DNA of 64,000 bases from Histomonas meleagridis 2922-C6/04-290x (taxonomy: Eukaryota; Protista; Parabasalia). This document shows positions 1-11,417 of the stretch, in pieces. Under the pieces are notes generated by a model. That model ran no database searches. It was given only the letters and a program-made list of their open reading frames with translations, and had not been told where the DNA came from. The translations under genes were made by a program, and so were the position numbers. The number at the start of each line of letters is the position of its first letter. The stretch's first letter is position 1. The stretch is taken from positions 138,178-202,177 of the forward strand of contig JAANOX010000026.1 of assembly GCA_020184695.1 (NCBI GenBank), in the 5' to 3' direction.

Positions 1-1105
1 TTGGCCTTGGTAATAAGAATAATGATAAACAAACTAAAATAGTTCCAAATATCATTGGTATCATGTCAATACTTGCAGTTTTCTTTTTGTAATAATTTAA
101 TGTTTCATTCATGTCTTCTAACATAATGTTATCTTGTTCTAATAACTTTTGGAATTGTTTATAATTATATTCTTTAGCTAACTCGGGTTCATAAGGAAAG
201 AAATCAGTAATAACACTTCCGACATTTGTAATTGGAATTGGAAACTCAAAAAGTAATGAAATCGTTGGGCAAATATCGATTTGATTTATTGTGGAATTTA
301 TCTTTTGAGTAAATATATCTTTTGGAGAATAGCCAAAAAGAAAAGAAGATGTTTCACTATATGATGCGCCTCCATGTGAACCATCATCAGTCATTCCATG
401 ATCACTCATTATAATTAATAAGTCATCTTTATTAAGCATCTTCATAATCTTCTCAATAAAGATATCATATTCTTCAATTCGTTGTTTGATTTCATTCGAT
501 GTGAAACTTAACACATGAGAAATATGATCAATACCAAGAAAATGTGAAATTATTAATGACGAATCATTACGGATTAATAAATTTGGTAACGTTTCATATA
601 TTTTGTTATCAGCTGTATCGAAATCATGTACATCAAATGATGGAACTGTATATTGGAATCGTATTAAATCCCCAAATAATGAAAGCCATGTTTCATCACC
701 AATTACTGTAACATTTCCTGTGTCGGAAAAAGGTATAAGAAAGGAATCTGTTGACGCTCGATGTGTAGTATCAAAGTTGTTACTGATTTCTATAAAAACT
801 GGAAGGGTTCCTGTGCAAATACTTTTAATCCGTTGTAATGTGGCGGTTGGGGGATCGGAATATGTATGATAAAAAAGAGAATGATTGGAATAATTTAATG
901 TGCGATGAAGATACATTGATGCATAATCATATCGAAGCCCATCAAGTATCATAAAAATTAATCGATTAAATTTAGGTGAATTATGAAATTTAGGAATTTC
1001 ATAATTATGTATTCCAATTTCATGTCTGATATATAGAAACCCTTTAAGGAAGAATAATATCCCCGTTATTTGAAGGATTGATATAATGAAGATTTTTTTA
1101 TTCAG
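1..1105 (-). CDS. PIGO: GPI ethanolamine-phosphate transferase (PIG-O/GPI13-like); 3' end runs off the window
   Basis: Not in the ORF track. Manual translation gives FFLKGFLYIRHE...RLIFMILDGLRYD...SDPPTATLQRIKSICTGTLPVF...IGDETW...SHFLGIDH...MSDHGMTDDGSHGG...QIDICPTISLLFEFPIP, which are PIG-O catalytic-domain motifs. The frame is open to position 1. The only plausible start is a CTG at 1105. Confidence 0.85.
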   Translation of the reverse strand, partial: MNKKIFIISILQITGILFFLKGFLYIRHEIGIHNYEIPKFHNSPKFNRLIFMILDGLRYDYASMYLHRTLNYSNHSLFYHTYSDPPTATLQRIKSICTGTLPVFIEISNNFDTTHRASTDSFLIPFSDTGNVTVIGDETWLSLFGDLIRFQYTVPSFDVHDFDTADNKIYETLPNLLIRNDSSLIISHFLGIDHISHVLSFTSNEIKQRIEEYDIFIEKIMKMLNKDDLLIIMSDHGMTDDGSHGGASYSETSSFLFGYSPKDIFTQKINSTINQIDICPTISLLFEFPIPITNVGSVITDFFPYEPELAKEYNYKQFQKLLEQDNIMLEDMNETLNYYKKKTASIDMIPMIFGTILVCLSLFLLPRP

Positions 1106-1723
1106 GATTGTGTGAAGTGAACAGAGACTCTGAAATTTTCTGGAAATAAATTTCGCCAAAAACCAAATTTTCTTGCGTTTTATTTAAGATATCTTAGAGA
1201 AAATCATATAAACCAACACCCTATTAGCAAAAGAAAAAGTTTGCATATCCAAATATCCAAAAATTTTATGAAATTTTGATGATTGTTTATTTGGGAAAAC
1301 TGGTTCAATCTAACAACTTTCGGTATCATTTGTGTTTAAAAGTGCACTTTGCTTTTGGTTCAACGTGGCTCGTCAATAAAATATTTTTCTTCATCGAGTA
1401 AATCTGTTAATTATATAATTTTTCTTGAGTCACTCTTGTTTTGATCTTTTATTAGTTAAATCTAAAATTATGTTATGAAAGGTGTCAATTTTTGAAACAT
1501 TAATTTATATATAAATTCATCTAATTCTGTATTAAAAATCTTATGATAATTTGTATTTACTAAATTTTAAGTTTGCTGTGCTTTATATTTAATGAAAAAA
1601 ATTATCATAAATGATAATAGTTAAATAAAGTCAATAAAAGGGAAATTTTTGATGAATATCTTTTTGTAATTCCAATTCATGTAAATTCAACATAAGCATA
1701 TTTTTATTTATTATCATACATCT

Positions 1724-3787
1724 TTACAAACATCTATTTTGTAAGTCGAGTCTTATTCTTATCATCAAGTTCTTAAATTCGTCCTCATCTATATCTCCTA
1801 CGTCAATTCCATAAAATGCACCGACTTGTTCCACAACGTATTGCATTAGTTCTTCTTTTTCTCCTCTCATTTTTGCCTTTTCTTTTTCTCTTTCCGCATG
1901 AAGTCTCGTTTCCACCGCGAGTACTTTCGCGACGGCTTCATTATGTGCGGCAGTTCTTTCTCTTCCGATCATTTCGTTATATGTTTGAACTTTTCTTTCT
2001 GCGATTTCCACTGCGACTTTCAGTTGTGTATTTGCATCATTCAATGCTTGATTTCGTTTTTCGCTTACTGAAAGTGCATCTGCGATTTGCTTCGATACTT
2101 TTTCAAGTTGAATTATTTTCTCTTTCATTTTTTGGACTGTTTCGTCGTTACTATTTTCTTTTATTAAGAATTCATTTGATTGTTTTTGTAATTCATTTTT
2201 ATATTCTTTTAATAAATGTTTTATTCGTTTTTTATATTTTTGGATGACATAATTTTCATGTTCTTTACACTTAGTATATGAATCTTGTAAAACTTGGATT
2301 TTAGTATTAAATGATTTCTCCATTTGTTTCATTTGAAGAGAATTTTGTATATTATTTTGTTGTATTTGTGTTTCAAGTTGTTGAATTTTATTACATTTTT
2401 CTTTTATGTTATTTTGTAAGTTTTGTATTTCTTTCACATTTTGTGCCTTTCGTTTATCTTCAAGGAATTTAACTTCGACTTTTAATGTATCATTTTGTTT
2501 CTTTAAATCGTTATTCGTTAATTCTAATTGTTTAATTTTGTTATTATAATCAATTTCATGATTATTAAATGTTATTGATTGTTGTTGTGATTCAGTTAAT
2601 GCTTCTGTTAACTCAATGTTTGAAGCTTTAGTTTTTTCATATTTTTTGATTATTGTTTTAATTTTCGTTGGAACTTCTTCAAGTTTTGTACAGCCAAAAC
2701 TATGAACTAAATCCATAAATTCTTCTTTTTTACTTAATGAATTTAGGCAACGATTCAGTTGTTGATTAAGATAATTATTTATTATTAATAATGATGAGAT
2801 AAATGCATCACTACGTTCATCATGATAAATAAGTTTTTCGAGAATTTGACGACGATTTTCATATGAAAACAAATAAAGCGGATGCGATTTAATATCAATT
2901 GATTCTTCAATGATCTTGAAATCAAGTGACTTTTCAGTCATTAAATGAATAAATGATTCATTTAATGTACCAAACGATTTTTCGTTTATTTGATATTCTT
3001 TTAAAATTAACTTCTTAAGTTCGCTAATGATTTGGATAAATATTTCGTTTGTATTATTTTGTATTTGTTGCGCTTTTTGGGTTTCGGATTTAAATAATGC
3101 AAATTCGTTTTGAAGTTTCGCATATTCCGAGTTTTGTTCTTCAATTGTTTTGTCCGCAAATTGAAGAAGTTGTTCGACTTTTTGGAGATCAACATAACGA
3201 AAAGATGTTAACAATTCGCTCCATTGTTTTTGAAGGGTTTTGTTGTGGAAATTAACTTTGAGATCTTTAAGAGTAAATGTGGAACCACTTTTGGTTCTCA
3301 TTTTGTTGATCTTGGATTTAAGTTGTTGATTCTCTCGTGAATAATCAGTAAGAGAAGATTCTGACCTACATGCTAAAGAATAGGTTGATTGTATTAAGGA
3401 TATTAATCGTGTGCGTTGATTTGTAAGATTTTTTATTTCTTTTTGTTGCTGAGTCATTTGGATATTGAGAGTATCTATTGATTTCTTAAGATTTTCGTTT
3501 TCAGATTTTAATGATTTCCAAGCAGATTCGCCTTCAACATGTGAAGCATGAGCAACATTTAGTTGAGTTTTTAAAAGTTCACAATCTTCTTGTAATGAGT
3601 GAACTGTTGATTTTAGTCTTTCATTTTCAATTGAAAGTTCTTTTATTCTTTCATTTGCTTTATTACTTATTTCTTTCAATTCTTTGTATTTTGAATGATA
3701 TCTTTTTGCTGCATGAATATATTTGTGTTCTTCAGATTTTGGTGACTTGGGGCTGGTTGGACTTCCAGAATATCTGCTAAAAGACAT
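1724..3787 (-). CDS. Long coiled-coil hypothetical protein (687 aa)
   Basis: Long ORF with E/K/Q/L heptad-rich composition; no recognisable family. Confidence 0.8.
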   Translation of the reverse strand: MSFSRYSGSPTSPKSPKSEEHKYIHAAKRYHSKYKELKEISNKANERIKELSIENERLKSTVHSLQEDCELLKTQLNVAHASHVEGESAWKSLKSENENLKKSIDTLNIQMTQQQKEIKNLTNQRTRLISLIQSTYSLACRSESSLTDYSRENQQLKSKINKMRTKSGSTFTLKDLKVNFHNKTLQKQWSELLTSFRYVDLQKVEQLLQFADKTIEEQNSEYAKLQNEFALFKSETQKAQQIQNNTNEIFIQIISELKKLILKEYQINEKSFGTLNESFIHLMTEKSLDFKIIEESIDIKSHPLYLFSYENRRQILEKLIYHDERSDAFISSLLIINNYLNQQLNRCLNSLSKKEEFMDLVHSFGCTKLEEVPTKIKTIIKKYEKTKASNIELTEALTESQQQSITFNNHEIDYNNKIKQLELTNNDLKKQNDTLKVEVKFLEDKRKAQNVKEIQNLQNNIKEKCNKIQQLETQIQQNNIQNSLQMKQMEKSFNTKIQVLQDSYTKCKEHENYVIQKYKKRIKHLLKEYKNELQKQSNEFLIKENSNDETVQKMKEKIIQLEKVSKQIADALSVSEKRNQALNDANTQLKVAVEIAERKVQTYNEMIGRERTAAHNEAVAKVLAVETRLHAEREKEKAKMRGEKEELMQYVVEQVGAFYGIDVGDIDEDEFKNLMIRIRLDLQNRCL

Positions 3788-4120
3788 GCAAAGCAGTTTC
3801 CCTTTTTTCTGGTTGACAGGAAAAGTGACAAAAAGGCGCGTTTTTTTATTTTGTCTTTGTCACTTTTTCTCTATGAAGTAAAGTATCGAATACTCAAGAC
3901 GATATTAAATTTTAAACAAATTTCGCAAAAAAAAAAGCAAATTGAAAAAAAATCTTCAAAAGCATCTTTTAATAAAACATTCTTAAATAAAATAACATTA
4001 CTTTAACATATATTAAATATATGAATGAAAATTTGTATACCGAAAAGTTAAAACACTTCGTTTAAATATCATTTTATTTCGGGTAAGAAAATCTGAATGA
4101 TCTTTCAATACCGTTTTTCG

Positions 4121-5995
4121 TCATTTGGGGTTTTGATATTGCAATAACATATTAGCAATTTCTGTGTGTCCATTTTTAGTTGCACGTATAAGTGCTGTTT
4201 CAAAAAATTCAAATAATTTCCAAATATTATTTCCAAACAAATAATTATTAAAATAAATTGAAATTCAAAGATATAAATATTTTCAGCATTAATATCGATT
4301 CCTTTGTGGTCAAGAAGTAATTTCACTATTTCTGAATAACCATATCTTGATCCTAACATAAGTGCTGTCCAAAATATTTTAAATAATTTCCAGATATTAT
4401 TTTTATATACTAAATTATTAAAATAAATAATAAATAAAACAAACAAAAATTTTTAGCATTAACATCAATTCCTTTATGTTGGAGAAGTAGTTGAACTATT
4501 ATTACATAATCTTTTTCAGTTGCAAACATAAGTGCTGTTTGAAATAATTTAAATAATTTCCAAATATTATTTTGAAATATAAAATTATTAAAATAAATAA
4601 TAAATAAAACAAAAAAATATCTTTAGCATTAACATCAATTCCTTCTTGTTCAAGAAGTAATTTAACAATTTCTGCATTACCTTTTTTTGAAGCTTTTATA
4701 AGAATTGTTTCATATAGCATAAAAGAATTCTAATACTGAGTATAAAAATCCTTATCATTAACATTAAATACTTTTTTCTCGAGTAAATACCGTATGAATT
4801 AGATATTATTTGAGCTCAACAATGAAAAAAAGAAAGTTCTTGGATATTTATTTCCATTAAGAAAATATTTTCCAATTTTAATATTTAGCATAGAATATGT
4901 TTCCAATTTTTGCGGCTTCGTTAATAATAAGTGTATCTACTTCCATTCCATCATTTTCCAAAAGTGATAAAATCTCATAGTTATCATATTGAAGACAAAA
5001 TCTTCCAATGTAAGTTAAATTACTGATTTCTTCAATTTTGTTTTCATAAAGATAATGAAAAGCTTCATTCCGATGAAAATGGATTGCTGTTTCATATGTA
5101 TCTTTAAACGATGAATGGTTTTGTTCACACAAGTGAATTATCTCTAAATTTCCACCTGCAATTGCATATATACTTGTGTCATTTACATTTGCATTGTTCA
5201 TAAGTAAATATTTAAAACATTTAATAGATCCAAAAAATGCTGCATAATCAATTAATGTAACATATTCTTCATTAATAAAATCACATCTTTCATAAAGTGA
5301 TGGGTTAATTATTTGATTAAAATCAAAATTTGTTTGTGATGATATTTATTGAAGTTTTTCTATTTCATCATTTCGAATTATTTTTGCTATTTCATTTGGA
5401 TTAACTCCTTCTTCAACATATTTCTTATGAAGTTCCCAATCATTTTCTTCAAAATTTTGTATTTCATCTCTAAAATTACTATTTATTTTATTATATTTTA
5501 TTAAATTAAATGTTTCATTAGATAAAAATTGTGCAAAATAAATCGAATTTTTTCTTTTAAGAATGCTTTTATTAACTAAATTATCTTCATACATCTTCAT
5601 TAAAATATAATCAGATTCTCGTGAGGTTAATGATAGAATGAATTGTGTTAGTACATTGAGAATTCTATCAAAACTTTGATCAAAAATTTCTTCTTCTTTT
5701 TTATCGATTAGCTTCAAATAATCTAAATATATATTAATGTTTTTCCTTTGTGATATGAAAGACGCATATATTAATCGGCAAACCATTAGATGCCATGAAT
5801 ATGGAAAACTTTCAATAAATAATTTCATTGTTGATTCATAAATTTCTTGAATATTATGTTCAATGAAAAAATATTTTGCTCAATTTGTTGTAAGTTTTGT
5901 ATACATTCTTTATATGATATTGTATCTTGGCTTTCTTCCATTTCTTCATTTTGCTTTAAATTTGCTTCGACATTATGACTAAAAGTGTTACCCAT
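4121..5995 (-). pseudogene. DUF3447-ankyrin repeat gene, copy A (degenerate), with 4 spacer-interrupted ankyrin junctions
   Basis: Paralogue motifs GVNPNEIAKIIRNDEIEKLQ, LIDYAAFFGS and TALM-type ankyrin blocks. Frameshift near 5855, in-frame TAA at 5346, and further breaks at ~4880 and ~4800. Spacers at 4709-4750, 4539-4621, 4369-4451 and 4199-4281. Confidence 0.8.
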
Positions 5996-6381
5996 GTGTA
6001 AAAAAATGAAATGTCAAAAAAACGTTCGACGCTGAAATTTTCAACTAATATTGTGGCGCACATTCAAATTTATTTTACGACATTCATTGTGCAGAATTAT
6101 TGTTCGAACACTTTTTTTAGCATTATATTATTTGTTTAATGTAAAAAATCATAATATATTATGAATGTAACCCTCAATATTATCAATTTATTCATATGAT
6201 CTTGAAAATGATATGTAAAAATCAAAATAATTTGACAATTATATCACCATTCGATAATTTTTTTAATCTTAATGCTCAAACCAGTCGTAGTGATGGCATT
6301 TTGATATCGATAATTAACAAATACATTGCTTACATGTATGCTAAATACTGAAATTTTAATTTCGACATTGTTATCGGTGAA

Positions 6382-7737
6382 TTGAAAAGTGTCGGGGAAC
6401 GTTTAATGGCCCTTTCAATTTTTGAGGCATTTGAGAAGAGACATTTTTCGAAATCAATGAACTCGGCATCTGTCTTCCTCAACATTCCGTACCCGCCCAA
6501 GACTATGGACTGGCAACCAAAGCGCTCTCAAGTTGTTTCCGAAATAATTTCATCTGAAAGGCAGTACGTCCAACACTTATATCATTTCATATACGAATTT
6601 CGTGTCGCTCTAGCCAGTGTTTCAAAACAAGGTCTCATCAAGAATATCCCTGATACCACTGAAGATCTTTTTATGAAGATTGCACCAATTTACAAAATCA
6701 ATTTGGCCTTTTTAACAATTCTCGAATCTTCTATCAAACCAGAGATTTTCCAATCAAAGATAGGCTATTGCTTCAACAGCTATGCAACAATATTTAAGAT
6801 ATATACTGATTATGCAACTGGTTTTAATGAAGGTGTATCCGCTCTTGAAAAGCAATTCCAAGAAGACCCTCACCTTGGCCCAGCCATTGAATCTTGCCAA
6901 TCAAATGTAGGTATTACACTTCTCGAACTTCTTCGATGCCCAATTGAAAGAATCACCAGATACCGACTTCTTCTTCTCCAACTTCTTCGTGTTACTCCAC
7001 GTGAACACAGCGACAGAGCCGATTGTGTTGCAGCTTATATCCAACTCAGCCCAATGGCATCTCCATTCAAATCTCTCATCATTAAACAAGGTGAATCAAC
7101 ACTCAAAGCTCTCGATTCCAAGTATCCTGGACTCAGTCTTCCCAACAAAGATCGCTTTTTAATGTTTGATTCAACCATGAAATGTTTCACAGGAACAAAT
7201 GTCGAAACTTGTAAACTTTGGCTCTTTAATGACTGTGCAATGGTATCTATTCCCGCATCAGCTTCACCAGTATTATTCCCCATCAAGAACATCAAAGCTC
7301 GACATGTTGATGTTCCATCACCATATGAAAATGGGGCCGATTTTCTCACTTCAATCGATAGCTTCAGAGTTGTCTTTGACTCCGCAAAGAGAAAAGAAGC
7401 CTTCATTGAGACCTGCAACAACATCCGCATTGATCGTTCGATGGACGATACGACCGATAAGGAGGAACCGTTAGCACCTGTTTGGACATCACTGAGTGAT
7501 GTTGTCGATTGCATGCTTTGCGGAAGAGGTTTTGGCCTTGTAACAAAGCGAATCCACTGCAACTTCTGCAGGAAGTGCTTCTGCAAGAGATGCATTACCG
7601 ATGTGGACATCAAAGGCGGAAGATTCAGAATATGTAAATCTTGCAAAGAAAGTGGATTGGGAAGCGAAGCATTGCCACATATGCTCATCGACTACTCTAA
7701 GAGTGGTGTTTTCGAGTTCCAAAGAAACAGTCAGTAA
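6382..7737 (+). CDS. RhoGEF DH-PH-FYVE protein (FGD-like)
   Basis: DH motifs EIISSERQYV and LLRCPIERITRY, a PH-like segment (LWLFND), and a C-terminal FYVE-type Cys cluster (WTS...CMLC...HCNFCRKCFCKRC...ICKSC). The ATG start is probably slightly downstream of the listed TTG. Confidence 0.8.
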   Translation: MKSVGERLMALSIFEAFEKRHFSKSMNSASVFLNIPYPPKTMDWQPKRSQVVSEIISSERQYVQHLYHFIYEFRVALASVSKQGLIKNIPDTTEDLFMKIAPIYKINLAFLTILESSIKPEIFQSKIGYCFNSYATIFKIYTDYATGFNEGVSALEKQFQEDPHLGPAIESCQSNVGITLLELLRCPIERITRYRLLLLQLLRVTPREHSDRADCVAAYIQLSPMASPFKSLIIKQGESTLKALDSKYPGLSLPNKDRFLMFDSTMKCFTGTNVETCKLWLFNDCAMVSIPASASPVLFPIKNIKARHVDVPSPYENGADFLTSIDSFRVVFDSAKRKEAFIETCNNIRIDRSMDDTTDKEEPLAPVWTSLSDVVDCMLCGRGFGLVTKRIHCNFCRKCFCKRCITDVDIKGGRFRICKSCKESGLGSEALPHMLIDYSKSGVFEFQRNSQ

Positions 7738-8340
7738 ACATATTTCCGAAAATTCATTTTTATGAATATTTTCACGGTATTGGATATGAAATGTGAAAAA
7801 TGAAAATTAAAATTTTTTCTTCATTATGAATATCTGTAACATGTTTTGTCTTTCACAGATTGAGTTATTGCATAAGCAAGTGCTGTACTATATGATATGA
7901 ATATTTTCCACATATTATTTTGAATTTTTAACATTTACTCGTGTAAAAAGTTAAATATATCAGCAACTATGGCAGACACGAATTGCGTAAAAGTGATATT
8001 AATGTCAGCGTTCCAACGAACGATTGAAATCCCTCTAAACCCACTTTTTGAGATAAGTGCATACAAAAATCAGCTGATCTTAAACGATCAAATTCCATTC
8101 ATTCTAATTCATCACGTGATTCCCAACGATAGAATCAAATGAATGAAAATTCATCGGATTTATATTCAAATACTGAGGTGTTTGGGAAACCTTTCTGCAA
8201 CCACTTTATATGGAAATTATTGTTTATAAATAAATTATTAAAAAATTAAAATCTTTTTCATTGTTTCATATGTACCAATATGAAATATTGAATGTATTAA
8301 AAACATTTTCTACCAATATATTTATTTTATACAAATATAA

Positions 8341-10833
8341 TTAACGAATATTCAATAATATTTCTCTTGTTTCTCTCGCATCTTCACTTACAGATTCATC
8401 ATCTGATTCTATTGCATCTTTCAGTACTTTTTGTATTGATTTAGAGTTTAATTTGCTCATTACGATTCTTCCATAGCAACTTGCCATGCTTTTCAATAGT
8501 TTACAGAACGAATGTAACGTATTTCTATCGAAGCACTTTTCATCTGTAAACCTTTTAATTAACCGAAGGAAATCGTTTAGAGCCAAACCACAGAATTGTT
8601 TATCGTCTAATGAAACACCAATAATTGTATCCATTCCTAAAAGCATTGCCTCGAAATATTTAAGGTTGTCATCTACGTTTAATGAGATTGAGTTCTTTAA
8701 AAGTTGGAAATATATATTTCTCGGCTCAACTTCAATATATTCCTTTGGCAGATGAAATATAATGTCTGACAATCCCTGAATTACATTTAATAAAACATCA
8801 TTTTGTACATTTACATCGTGTGATATTTCGATTAATAATCTAAAGACAGGTTGGAAATATTGAATAATATTTCCTTTAAACTCAGTAAATAAAAATGTCA
8901 AAGTACGAATTGCGTTATTAATAATTTGTGGGTTTCCAGACTTAATCATTTCGAACAATATTATCATTAATTGCTCGATATAAGGCATACTCTTTTCTTT
9001 GGTTGCGATAATTAATGAAGATATAGTTGAAAGACATTCTTCATATAAAACAGATTTACCACTTTTAATTATGTTTATAATAATCTCTAATATATTAACA
9101 CCTTGTTGAAACTCATAAACATGTAAATCATTATAACGATTTGCTATAGCTGCGATCACATCCAAAATCGAATTATGAATTTCATAAGAAATCGAATTGT
9201 TATTTAACAATGGAATAATTATATTAATTAAATGATCAAATATTCCTAATGATTGAGTTGGTGTATAAGATAATAAAAACGCTAATGATGTAAAACTTGA
9301 AGAAGCTATACATGTATTAAATGCATCATTTCTTTGTAATAAATCAAATAAACATTTCGTTAATGGTTGGAACAATGTTAATACAAATGAATCAATGTAA
9401 TTACTTTGTACCATTGTATTAATTATATCACAAAACGTTGATATTATTAATGGGTTTCTATTTTTAATCACTTCGAATAAATTAATTACATTCATAAATT
9501 CTTCTGGTTTTCCAATTAATAAATGTAAATGTTTTATACATTGTTGTATTAATATTAACCCTAATGTACATATAATATCATTTTGATTTATCGCGTATTG
9601 AAAGATTTGTGGTATTAATGATTCAACAAATTCATATAATTCATTTCCATAATTTTCATGTATAATTGACTTTAATGATATCAAAAAAGTCGAATGATCT
9701 TTCCAATTCTGTGATTTTATAATTTTTTCCATTAATTGACGTGTTTGCTCAAGTATTATATCTGGTGATGCATAAGAAAATGATGTATAACATCTTGATG
9801 CCATTGTATATAATTCATTTTCATCAAATGTCGGTATTTCTTCCGGAATTGTATTCATTATTTGATATAAAATTGGTGTTAATGTTTGCGATGCAATTTC
9901 TATTATTCCGCGGAATTCATTTCCATTGTTTCGATGTATGGAATGTTCAAAATATGCTGCTTCGCCCCAAAATAAAATTGCTTGCATTTGTTGATTAATG
10001 TTTCCATGTAAAAGTATTGAGCGAGTGATCGAAAATATATATTCAATATATTCATCAATAAATGTAGTGTAAATATTTCGAAAGATTATTGAAAGAGAAT
10101 TAATAAGAGATGTAAATATTGTTTGATTCTCTGTTAAAATACGGATTTCTATAAGATGAAGTATCAATGAAACTTGTTCTTTCGTACTTGTTAATTCAGG
10201 TAATGTGTAAATTAATGTGGAAAAACATTTGGACACTTCTTCAGCTAAGGATATGTTGACCATATTGTTGGAAAATATTTGGCAAATATGTCCAAATAAA
10301 TCAAATAGAATTTGAGTGATTTCATTTGTTGGAAATCCGCTAATAAGAACTTGTGAAATGGTATTAAATGCTCCACAATGGGCTTCAATCGTATACTTGT
10401 CTGAAATGGCAAGCTCTAAAAGTGAAGGAAATATGGATATCCAATTTGGCCCTTCGATTTGTAACAAAAGATCAATACAATGTGCAGATTGTTGGCGAAT
10501 GGATTGATCTTGGAACATAATACCACGAAAAACACCAGACTTCAATTTTTCACGCTCTTCATTATAAAGTGGATCAAAAAGAGAATTCCGAATGATTTCT
10601 ATAGGTACACTTATTGACGGTGTAAGAACCCTCCCTATAAAAGTAACTGCTGCACGAATTATGTTATTACTAACATCATCTGATAAAAGCAATGTTGATG
10701 CCATCGATAAAAAATGTCTGGGATTTGATATTAAAAGTTCTGAAATCATTTTTTCGGATGGGATACGTATGTTAGGATCTGGGTTTGATATGTTAGCTAA
10801 AAAGATTTTGAGTTTCTCTAAATCACTACTCAT
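8341..10833 (-). CDS. Importin-beta/karyopherin-like HEAT repeat protein
   Basis: ~830 aa helical ORF. N-terminal 'NPDPNIRIPSE', 'WISIFPSL' and 'QAILFW' resemble the importin-beta N-terminus and HEAT repeats. Confidence 0.7.
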   Translation of the reverse strand: MSSDLEKLKIFLANISNPDPNIRIPSEKMISELLISNPRHFLSMASTLLLSDDVSNNIIRAAVTFIGRVLTPSISVPIEIIRNSLFDPLYNEEREKLKSGVFRGIMFQDQSIRQQSAHCIDLLLQIEGPNWISIFPSLLELAISDKYTIEAHCGAFNTISQVLISGFPTNEITQILFDLFGHICQIFSNNMVNISLAEEVSKCFSTLIYTLPELTSTKEQVSLILHLIEIRILTENQTIFTSLINSLSIIFRNIYTTFIDEYIEYIFSITRSILLHGNINQQMQAILFWGEAAYFEHSIHRNNGNEFRGIIEIASQTLTPILYQIMNTIPEEIPTFDENELYTMASRCYTSFSYASPDIILEQTRQLMEKIIKSQNWKDHSTFLISLKSIIHENYGNELYEFVESLIPQIFQYAINQNDIICTLGLILIQQCIKHLHLLIGKPEEFMNVINLFEVIKNRNPLIISTFCDIINTMVQSNYIDSFVLTLFQPLTKCLFDLLQRNDAFNTCIASSSFTSLAFLLSYTPTQSLGIFDHLINIIIPLLNNNSISYEIHNSILDVIAAIANRYNDLHVYEFQQGVNILEIIINIIKSGKSVLYEECLSTISSLIIATKEKSMPYIEQLMIILFEMIKSGNPQIINNAIRTLTFLFTEFKGNIIQYFQPVFRLLIEISHDVNVQNDVLLNVIQGLSDIIFHLPKEYIEVEPRNIYFQLLKNSISLNVDDNLKYFEAMLLGMDTIIGVSLDDKQFCGLALNDFLRLIKRFTDEKCFDRNTLHSFCKLLKSMASCYGRIVMSKLNSKSIQKVLKDAIESDDESVSEDARETREILLNIR

Positions 10834-11417
10834 GTGATACAAAACCTTTGCCGGTTAAATGTGACATTTTACAAAAAGTGTATTTTATAAAAGATCTTTA
10901 TCAATATTAAAAATATTTATTTAAATCAAATTTAGATTACTAAACAATTTTTTTATATTATTACAAAACTATGATAATTAAATTGATTATGAAAAAAGTT
11001 ATTCGTTTTCCATATTTCACTTCTTCAAGATCAAGTTCCTAAAAGTATGCATTATATTTCAAAGCGATTTTTTTAAAGCTATTAAGATAGCTAATCACTT
11101 ACATTAAGTTTTATCAAGTAATGAGGAAATTATATGCAAAAATTATTTTTATGTTTAATATTAATATTAATTGTTATACATAGACTTAAAAAAATCAAAG
11201 AATTTATTTTATTCATTATAGATAAGTTTATATGTGTTAATATTTATAATAATAAAAACAATTAAATGATGGAAAAAGTTCCTGAATTTTCACAAAATTT
11301 ACGATTGCATCCTTAAATTGATTACTTATGACATTTATCTTAATCAACAATAACAATCTAAATTGAATTTTAAAAGATTTTGTTTTTTGCAAAGGATTGT
11401 TCATTTTTTTTATTCAT

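Noticed and set aside
4199-4621. A programmed -1 frameshift through the spacers instead of excision
   Set aside because: Stops in both frames of different spacers leave no common slippery site, and many spacers have stops in both relevant frames.
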